IMG/VR virus record: IMGVR_UViG_3300001282_000003
Length of the DNA stretch: 43,706 nt
Strand: one strand, 5' to 3'
Origin: an uncultured virus (IMG/VR IMGVR_UViG_3300001282_000003)
Taxonomy: Duplodnaviria; Heunggongvirae; Uroviricota; Caudoviricetes
Positions 38,186 to 43,706 of this stretch are shown piece by piece. The position numbers and the translations under genes were made by a program. Numbering within the stretch: the first letter of the stretch is position 1; each line of letters begins with the position of its first letter. The notes under the pieces are model-generated. The model was not told where the DNA came from, did not search any database, and saw only the letters and a program-made list of their open reading frames with translations.

Positions 38186-38331
38186 TATAAATTAAATATT
38201 TTTTTAATTTTCATTTTTCTTATGAGTGCCTTTCTAATATTAACTCCAATATTATATGCTAATTGAGTTCTTGGATATAAACTAGCAAAGTCTAAATTTA
38301 CTATAATCGGTGAAGTCTCTATAGGTTCCAT
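38185..38331 (-). CDS. 48-aa mini-protein: DNA polymerase B motif A peptide plus C-terminal tag
   Basis: MEPIETSPIIVNLDFASLYPRTQLAYNIGVNIRKALIRKMKIKKIFNL*; TAATG coupling to the next gene. Confidence 0.75.
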   Translation of the reverse strand: MEPIETSPIIVNLDFASLYPRTQLAYNIGVNIRKALIRKMKIKKIFNL

Positions 38332-38444
38332 ATTCTTTTAATTTTTTCTTTTCTTTTTTCTTTTCTTTCCAATCTTTTAGCAAGTTGTAGTATTAAAGTA
38401 GTTTGATAACTCATAGACTCACCACCTTTTATCATTGAATTCAT
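38319..38444 (-). CDS. 41-aa mini-protein: RecA/UvsX-like peptide plus C-terminal tag
   Basis: MNSMIKGGESMSYQTTLILQLAKRLERKEKRKEKIKRIWNL*; ATGA coupling to the upstream gene. Confidence 0.65.
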   Translation of the reverse strand: MNSMIKGGESMSYQTTLILQLAKRLERKEKRKEKIKRIWNL

Positions 38445-39046
38445 TTCTCAGCTACTTTTCTAAAGTCTGTTAAAATTTCATTTCTAAGTTCTCTGAATTC
38501 AGTATCTAATTCTTCCCAAGTCCATCTTTTACTTTTAATTTTATTCCAGATAAAGTTGGCACAAGAGAAGTCAGTAATTCTACCAGAGGTTGCCACTTGA
38601 GTAGCAAACATAGGAATTCTTAAAGAGTGAAATAAAGATTTAACTCCAATGTAATAATCATCTTGTTCTAACTTTTTCTTCGACTTCACCCAACTATTAG
38701 AACTAATATGTGATGTAGCGTGTCTCAGTTTAGCCAGGTTCAACTTTAAATCGTATTTGATAGTCTCTTTCAACTTAGCCCAATCAGGTGCCCAAATACA
38801 CTCTAAATTGTTTATACGATGCCATTCTAAGTCAGCCTTAAACTTATCTGGAGTATAAACGTGAATGTTATATAAACCATTCTTAATTTCAATTACCTCA
38901 ACAGAGTTATTAGCAACCATAATGATATCCCAATCTGAGTCAGAGTTGGAAGTGGAATAAATTTGACTACCAAAAATATAAACATTGAACACACGACTTG
39001 TGTGTATTCCAGATGCTTTAATTATTGTTTCTAATGTTGGTATCAT
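38441..39046 (-). CDS. Pol-beta-superfamily nucleotidyltransferase
   Basis: VYIFGSQIY...SDSDWDIIMV (GS..DxD), helical C-terminus with KSLFHSLRI. Confidence 0.85.
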   Translation of the reverse strand: MIPTLETIIKASGIHTSRVFNVYIFGSQIYSTSNSDSDWDIIMVANNSVEVIEIKNGLYNIHVYTPDKFKADLEWHRINNLECIWAPDWAKLKETIKYDLKLNLAKLRHATSHISSNSWVKSKKKLEQDDYYIGVKSLFHSLRIPMFATQVATSGRITDFSCANFIWNKIKSKRWTWEELDTEFRELRNEILTDFRKVAEK

Positions 39047-39264
39047 ATTCCTAACTCTTTTAATTTCTCTTTTCTAATTTTATCTAAACTGATTAAGTTT
39101 GATTCATGAACTCCAATTTTAGAACCTAAATCATTTATCAATTCAATGTAAACACCGTCAGAAGAGTAAACCACTAGACCATTCCAATCTCCTTCATATA
39201 CTTTATTTTCAGTCATGTCAGATCTTTTATGCCAATCACTTCTTGGTTTATATACCCATTTCAT
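39043..39264 (-). CDS. small hypothetical protein with shared C-terminal tag
   Basis: MTENKVYE..IELINDLG; ends IRKEKLKELGI. Confidence 0.7.
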   Translation of the reverse strand: MKWVYKPRSDWHKRSDMTENKVYEGDWNGLVVYSSDGVYIELINDLGSKIGVHESNLISLDKIRKEKLKELGI

Positions 39265-39527
39265 ATTCCTAATTGTTCTAAAGTGTTATCTAATTTCAAT
39301 TCTTTATTCCATTCTTCTAAATCTTTCAAAGAATACTCACGACTAATCCATTTACCACCATATCCACTACTATCATACACTGCCTTTTCGGTACTATACC
39401 ACACAACGGCTTTAGCTCTATCATATTCAACATACAATCCATTAAACGGTGTTTCTACACTGATGAGTAAACCTCTACCATCTTTTGTATTTACTTCTTG
39501 AAATATTCTTAAAAAACTTGGTTTCAT
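39261..39527 (-). CDS. hypothetical protein, paralogue of the ORF at 43610
   Basis: MKPSFLRIFQEVNTKDGRG; ends LDNTLEQLGI. Confidence 0.8.
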   Translation of the reverse strand: MKPSFLRIFQEVNTKDGRGLLISVETPFNGLYVEYDRAKAVVWYSTEKAVYDSSGYGGKWISREYSLKDLEEWNKELKLDNTLEQLGI

Positions 39528-40063
39528 ATTCCTATCTTACTTAATATCTTACTTCTAATGTTTGCCTTTGTGTCCCAATAATCTTTCGTATCAAGATAAT
39601 ATAAATTCATACTACCTTTTGTTTGTGAGTTAAATGTTGGTTCTATAAATCTTATCTTCCAATCACCATCATCTTCATCTACATTTAGAATAACTAACTC
39701 TGTTCCTTTCGGAACTTTCCACCAGTTTGGTTTCTGACTTTGGTCAGAAGTGTTAATGAACTTCCTAAACTGACCATCATAGTAAAAGTCTTTCTTAACA
39801 ATAACAATCTCACCAGCCTCAGGAACATCATACTTACTTCTATCAAACTTAACTTTATCATTCATTATATTCATTCTAAAGATAACAAATAAACAAACAA
39901 TAGTTATTGCTGATATACTCACGAAAAGACCTGTAACGCCACCAAAATGTAAAGGTAGTGTAAATAAAAGAACAGATAACAACAATAAACTAAGTTTAAT
40001 CATTTCATTATTATCTAACCAACGATTGAATCTATAAAAACTATTTTTTAACATACTAACCAT
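39524..40063 (-). CDS. membrane protein (2 TM plus beta domain) with shared C-terminal tag
   Basis: Two hydrophobic helices; ends IRSKILSKIGI. Confidence 0.75.
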   Translation of the reverse strand: MVSMLKNSFYRFNRWLDNNEMIKLSLLLLSVLLFTLPLHFGGVTGLFVSISAITIVCLFVIFRMNIMNDKVKFDRSKYDVPEAGEIVIVKKDFYYDGQFRKFINTSDQSQKPNWWKVPKGTELVILNVDEDDGDWKIRFIEPTFNSQTKGSMNLYYLDTKDYWDTKANIRSKILSKIGI

Positions 40064-40389
40064 ACACTTTCTTTTGGTGTTTTATCTAAAACTTCATTAA
40101 TTTTAATTTCTCTTTTGTAAGCAATCATCTTACTTAAAGTTTCTCTCAAGAAACTTAAAGTCTTTTGCTTTCTCATATCACTTCTATAGTGAGTGTGTTC
40201 AATTTCATCAATATGATAATTCATCATTACAATATCCACCGTCATGTCTTGGTAATAGTTATTAGAATGCCTCCAATAAATAATCTCACCATCTTTTAAG
40301 ATGATATAATCTTTCTTCTCATTGAAAGGACATTGAAGTTCTTCAATGATATGATAATATTCTCCGTTACTATTTACTACAAATCTCAT
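40048..40389 (-). CDS. hypothetical protein, paralogue of 42930..43277
   Basis: MRFVVNSNGEYYHIIEEL...KREIKINEVL. Confidence 0.85.
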   Translation of the reverse strand: MRFVVNSNGEYYHIIEELQCPFNEKKDYIILKDGEIIYWRHSNNYYQDMTVDIVMMNYHIDEIEHTHYRSDMRKQKTLSFLRETLSKMIAYKREIKINEVLDKTPKESVWLVC

Positions 40390-41333
40390 GAGCCAAACAA
40401 ACTATTTAATAAATCATCACGATGAAAAGCCATATCCTCAAAATGTGAATAAGGGAAATAATTACTACGATTTAATTCATCAGTAATGTAAACCTGTAAA
40501 TATCCGTTTGAGTTCAAACTACTACTTCTAACCTCATATGATTTGTTAGCAACTAAAGCAATTTTATTACCATAAGGAACATCTTTCAAACACTTTAACA
40601 TAGTTCCGTTAGGAACATTCATTGAGCTTTTAATTTTATTTGAAATAGATGAAATAATATACTCTGAATTTAATTTACGAAAGTCAATTTTAGTTTCTTC
40701 CATAATCTCTACAAAACTACCTAATAGTTTCCTAGTAATATCAATCTCACGCTTAGGAACACTATCAAAGTTTAATTCTTGAACCGTATACCACCTAATA
40801 CTATTAAATAGTTGTGATTGGTTAACAAATTTCTCATAGAAATATTGTTTTGAATCATCATAAACCTCAACATTGTTTTGAATAATGTAATTCAAAAGAG
40901 GAATAATACAAGATTTCAAACCATCAATACTTTCACCACCTCTGCGACCGTAACTCATACGACCTCTTCTTGTTAAAGCGGGTTTAGAAACCCAACGACC
41001 ATTTAATAAACGATCGAATTGAGGACCATCCATTAGAATCTCATTGAATTGTCTTTGGGTTCTATTCATAAAAAACTTTTTCAATCTAACATTTTGAGTA
41101 GACTCAGCAATCAATGCCTTCGATTTTCGCCAAGTCATTCCTTCTATAACAGGATTAAATTTATCATTATATTTCATGAAATCCCAAAACTCAGCAAAGT
41201 ATTGAAGTCCAATATTTCTCATAACATTGGAATTAACCTCACCTCTCTCATATTCGGAGATAATTGGAAACAATTCTTTAGCTTCTGCGTAAGTTGCTAA
41301 GTTTTTTTTAATTAGATCGTAGTTTAACTTCAT
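40386..41333 (-). CDS. hypothetical protein with C-terminal small beta domain and shared tag
   Basis: 315 aa; LKCLKD..LVANKSYEV..ITDELN; ends HRDDLLNSLFGS. Confidence 0.8.
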   Translation of the reverse strand: MKLNYDLIKKNLATYAEAKELFPIISEYERGEVNSNVMRNIGLQYFAEFWDFMKYNDKFNPVIEGMTWRKSKALIAESTQNVRLKKFFMNRTQRQFNEILMDGPQFDRLLNGRWVSKPALTRRGRMSYGRRGGESIDGLKSCIIPLLNYIIQNNVEVYDDSKQYFYEKFVNQSQLFNSIRWYTVQELNFDSVPKREIDITRKLLGSFVEIMEETKIDFRKLNSEYIISSISNKIKSSMNVPNGTMLKCLKDVPYGNKIALVANKSYEVRSSSLNSNGYLQVYITDELNRSNYFPYSHFEDMAFHRDDLLNSLFGS

Positions 41334-41638
41334 ATTTTATTTAAGAGTTTAGTGATACTTTCTTTCATATCAGATAATTCAGGAACACCGGCTCCAATAT
41401 AAACAATAGCAATGTTTTTCTTAGGAGCAATTAACCCTCTGACAGATTCCTTCATATATCTTTTGATTTTGTTTCTATCAACAGCTCTTTTGAACTTCTT
41501 AGATGAAACAGCGAATAAGAATTTTGTAGAATCAGAGTCTAAGAATTTAATCAAAACAAATCCATCTGAAAGGTACTTGCCCTTTTCAAATAGATTGTCG
41601 ATCTCAGACTTTCCTCTCATTATAAAATCTTTTTTCAT
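41330..41638 (-). CDS. rnpA: ribonuclease P protein component homologue (copy 1)
   Basis: KSEIDNLFEKGK...FAVSSKKFKRAVDRNKIKRYMKES (RNR motif reads RNK). Confidence 0.85.
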   Translation of the reverse strand: MKKDFIMRGKSEIDNLFEKGKYLSDGFVLIKFLDSDSTKFLFAVSSKKFKRAVDRNKIKRYMKESVRGLIAPKKNIAIVYIGAGVPELSDMKESITKLLNKI

Positions 41639-41643
41639 AAGTA

Positions 41644-41674
41644 CAAAGATAATAAATAAATTCTAATAAACAAA
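41644..41674 (-). promoter_or_regulatory. Bacteroidetes primary-sigma-type promoter
   Basis: Minus strand TTTG, 19 nt, TATCTTTG, then 5 nt to the rnpA ATG. Confidence 0.75.
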
Positions 41675-41702
41675 AAAACCCACCAATTACTTGGTGGGTT
41701 TT
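41672..41702 (-). terminator. intrinsic terminator of clpP
   Basis: Minus strand AAAACCCACCAA-gtaa-TTGGTGGGTTTTTTT. Confidence 0.9.
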
Positions 41703-41719
41703 AACTCTTACGAAAATAA

Positions 41720-42526
41720 TTACTTCTTTGGAGTTCTCTTAGTAGGAGTTACTTTAGTAGTTATACTTGGAGTAGTCTTACTTGATAACTCAGGCATATG
41801 TAAGATTTCCTTTTGATAGTAATCTTCAAAACCATCCATCAAAGTTGTAATTGAAGATGTTTTATCACTAATGATAATTTCATCAATAAATCCAAAGTCT
41901 AATGCTTCTTGTGAATTCAACCACTTGTCTCTACGAGCACTTTCTAAAACTTCATCAAATGATCTACCAGAGTTCTCAGCCAACATCTTAAACAAGATGT
42001 AGTTGTACTTTTCAGACTCCATTTGTGAGATACGATTATCTTGAACGTGTCCTTGAGCACCTGAACTAACTTGGTGAATCATTACTTTAGAAAAGTTCAA
42101 TGAAGAACGTTTTCCTTTTGTTCCAGAAGAAAGTAAGATAGAACCCATCGATGCAGCCATACCAGTATTGATTGTTGCAACATCAGAGTTAATGTATCTC
42201 ATAACGTCAACCATTGATAACCCAGACTTAACTGAACCACCTGGTGAGTCAACGTGCATAATGATATCTCTTTTCTCAACGTTATCTAAATACATCAACT
42301 GTGCTTGAACAACTGTTGACATATTGTCATTAACTACACCAGCTACCCAAAGTATTCTATCTCTCATTAAACGTGAGAAGATATCCATTTGAGTTACCCT
42401 CATTTCTCTTTCTTCAAGAATGTATGGTGTCATACTGTTCTCTAAGTTTTGGTTAAAGTAATGTAAGTTCATTGAGGAGATACCTTCACTTAGTGCATAC
42501 TTTTTAAAATCTTTTCCGTAATCCAT
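41720..42526 (-). CDS. clpP: ATP-dependent Clp protease proteolytic subunit
   Basis: TPYILEER...MDIFSRLMRDRI, DSPGGSV, GMAASMG (Ser), MIHQ (His), RDKWL (Asp); Bacteroidetes-like MDYGKDFKKYA N-terminus. Confidence 0.95.
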   Translation of the reverse strand: MDYGKDFKKYALSEGISSMNLHYFNQNLENSMTPYILEEREMRVTQMDIFSRLMRDRILWVAGVVNDNMSTVVQAQLMYLDNVEKRDIIMHVDSPGGSVKSGLSMVDVMRYINSDVATINTGMAASMGSILLSSGTKGKRSSLNFSKVMIHQVSSGAQGHVQDNRISQMESEKYNYILFKMLAENSGRSFDEVLESARRDKWLNSQEALDFGFIDEIIISDKTSSITTLMDGFEDYYQKEILHMPELSSKTTPSITTKVTPTKRTPKK

Positions 42527-42588
42527 TTTTTGTTTTTAGTTTATTAATTCTATAATTTATGATATAATCATTTTATAAAAAAGTTTGA

Positions 42589-42620
42589 TTTGTTTTTTCT
42601 TTATTTTATTCTTATATTTG
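42589..42620 (+). promoter_or_regulatory. Bacteroidetes primary-sigma-type promoter
   Basis: TTTG, 20 nt, TATATTTG, then 7 nt to the rnpA ATG. Confidence 0.75.
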
Positions 42621-42627
42621 TTGCATT

Positions 42628-42933
42628 ATGAAAAAAGAGTTAATGTTAAAGAACAAGTCAGAAATCGACAAACTATTTAAGACAGGTAAATCTGTGTCTA
42701 GTGGTGTTGTATTGGCTAAGGTTATAAACTCTTCTTCTGGATTTGTTTTCGCAGTATCATCTAAGAAATTTAAAAGAGCTGTTGATAGAAACAGAATCAA
42801 AAGATTAATGAGAGAAGTTGTTAGATTGAATATGATTAAAGATAAGTCTGTTGCTTTTGTTTTCATTGGAGATTCAGTTCCAACTTATTTAGAAATTGAA
42901 AAATCTATTAAAGGAATAATTGAAAGAATATGA
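42628..42933 (+). CDS. rnpA: ribonuclease P protein component homologue (copy 2)
   Basis: LKNKSEIDKLFKTGKSV...FAVSSKKFKRAVDRNRIKRLMREV (intact RNR motif). Confidence 0.9.
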   Translation: MKKELMLKNKSEIDKLFKTGKSVSSGVVLAKVINSSSGFVFAVSSKKFKRAVDRNRIKRLMREVVRLNMIKDKSVAFVFIGDSVPTYLEIEKSIKGIIERI

Positions 42934-43277
42934 GATTTGTAGTAAATAATAAAGGAGAATATTATCATATCATTGAAGAACTTGTTTGTCCTTTCAATGA
43001 AAAGAAAGATTACATAATCTTAAAAGATGGTGAGATTATTTATTGGCAGAATGCTAATGACTATTATCATGATATGAAGTTAGACATTGAAATAACTAAA
43101 GAACATATTAGTAAAATTGAATTGACTAAGTATAGAAGTGAAACAAGAAAGCAAAAGACTTTAGGTTTCTTGAAAGAGACTTTAAGTAAGATGATTGCTT
43201 ACAAAAGAGAAATTAAAATTGAAGAAGTGTTAAATAAAATAACACCAGAAGATGAATACAAATATTGGGTATGTTAA
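42930..43277 (+). CDS. hypothetical protein, paralogue of 40048..40389
   Basis: MRFVVNNKGEYYHIIEEL...KREIKIEEVL. Confidence 0.85.
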   Translation: MRFVVNNKGEYYHIIEELVCPFNEKKDYIILKDGEIIYWQNANDYYHDMKLDIEITKEHISKIELTKYRSETRKQKTLGFLKETLSKMIAYKREIKIEEVLNKITPEDEYKYWVC

Positions 43278-43609
43278 ATTTAGAAAAGATATGGAAGTCA
43301 GCAAGAATAGAAGCTGATTGGTTAAGATATTATGGTCACTCAGAAAGTAGAATGTCCGAGAAGTTTGAAGATGTAAACTTTTATGATAGAATAATTAGTA
43401 TTGGATATGCTAAAAAGAATATCTCTTTACCACAAAGATGTTCTATGTTAAATGTAACATCAGATAAACCAGTATTGGATTCTGATATTATTGAGTTAAA
43501 AGAAGAATATAGTTTAAGAAATCATGATAATAATATTTATACGGCATTAGAATATTTAATTGCAAAAGGAATAGGAACTGACCAGTTAATTAAAATCATT
43601 AAAGGTTAG
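43265..43609 (+). CDS. hypothetical protein
   Basis: 114 aa, overlapping neighbours in the operon. Confidence 0.7.
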   Translation: MGMLNLEKIWKSARIEADWLRYYGHSESRMSEKFEDVNFYDRIISIGYAKKNISLPQRCSMLNVTSDKPVLDSDIIELKEEYSLRNHDNNIYTALEYLIAKGIGTDQLIKIIKG

Positions 43610-43706
43610 ATGAAACCAAGTTTTTTAAAAATATTTCAAGAATTAAATACCGAAGATGGTAGAGGAATACTCGTAAGTATAGAAACACCACACAACGGAC
43701 TTTATG
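43610..43706 (+). CDS. hypothetical protein, paralogue of 39261..39527 (3'-truncated)
   Basis: MKPSFLKIFQELNTEDGRGILVSIETPHNGLY, running off the window end. Confidence 0.8.
   Translation, partial: MKPSFLKIFQELNTEDGRGILVSIETPHNGLY

Noticed and set aside
38336..38370. Pyrimidine tract TTTTTTCTTTTCTTTTTTCTTTTCTTTCC as a phase-variable repeat
   Set aside because: It is explained by Arg/Lys/Glu codons (ERKEKRKEK) of the 41-aa minus-strand ORF.
38185..38444. Pseudogene or intron-split exon of a DNA polymerase
   Set aside because: Both mini-ORFs have clean starts, stops and overlaps and end in the shared tag; there is no room for an intron and no other PolB motif was seen.
38441..39046. CBASS cyclase or MNT-HEPN toxin-antitoxin system
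   Set aside because: Too short for a CD-NTase, and no effector or HEPN (Rx4-6H) partner was recognised next to it.
159..42866. Shadow ORFs in the track (159, 900, 5897, 7728, 8785, 12685, 15644, 16307, 16365, 18753, 21860, 24224, 29456, 30134, 30872, 33448, 35170, 36953, 39229, 41049, 41412, 42612)
   Set aside because: They overlap better-supported genes, mostly antisense, with F/L/S/I-rich composition typical of reverse-frame artefacts.
1..43706. Stop-codon reassignment (code 15 or 4) as in some huge phages
   Set aside because: Recognisable enzymes are full length in code 11, and TAA, TGA and TAG all end genes at sensible, often overlapping positions.
1..43706. Bacterial chromosome origin because of galE, prs, folD, folA, gmk, clpP and rnpA
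   Set aside because: The genes lack their usual neighbours (e.g. rpmH/yidC, tig/clpX) and are interspersed with baseplate, LamG and orphan ORFs with phage-type promoters.
1..43706. tRNA, tmRNA or RNase P RNA genes
   Set aside because: Intergenic gaps are short and AT-rich, and no cloverleaf, T-loop or GAGGAAAGTCC-type signature was recognised by eye; a covariance search is still advisable.

Overview
Very AT-rich, gene-dense 43.7 kb segment with many overlapping start/stop codons and no Shine-Dalgarno motifs. It reads as part of a large T4-like (jumbo/huge) myophage, most likely infecting a Bacteroidetes host. The phage call rests on a gp6-like baseplate wedge, proteins with T4-internal-protein-like N-termini and many small orphan ORFs. 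The host call rests on Bacteroidetes-type ClpP, RnpA and Hc1 homologues and on TTTG-N18/20-TAnnTTTG promoters. Content: (i) a + strand metabolic and glycosylation operon (MazG-like, galE, UDP-sugar dehydrogenase, prs, HAD phosphatase, methyltransferase, folD, two glycosyltransferases, folA, P-loop kinase); (ii) a late/structural region whose genes are preceded by an AATATATA box; (iii) a right end with two mirror-image paralogous operons, each starting with an RNase P protein (rnpA) gene, on either side of clpP. Most notable: about 17 otherwise unrelated small proteins share a C-terminal R-x-x-x-[IL]-x-x-[ILV]-[ILFWG] tag. Two unannotated mini-ORFs (48 and 41 aa) consist of little more than a DNA polymerase B motif A peptide (DFASLYP) or a RecA/UvsX-like peptide fused to that tag. 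Three distinct promoter classes are visible. No tRNA, rRNA, CRISPR array or transposase was recognised. All functional calls come from motif recognition by eye; no searches were run.
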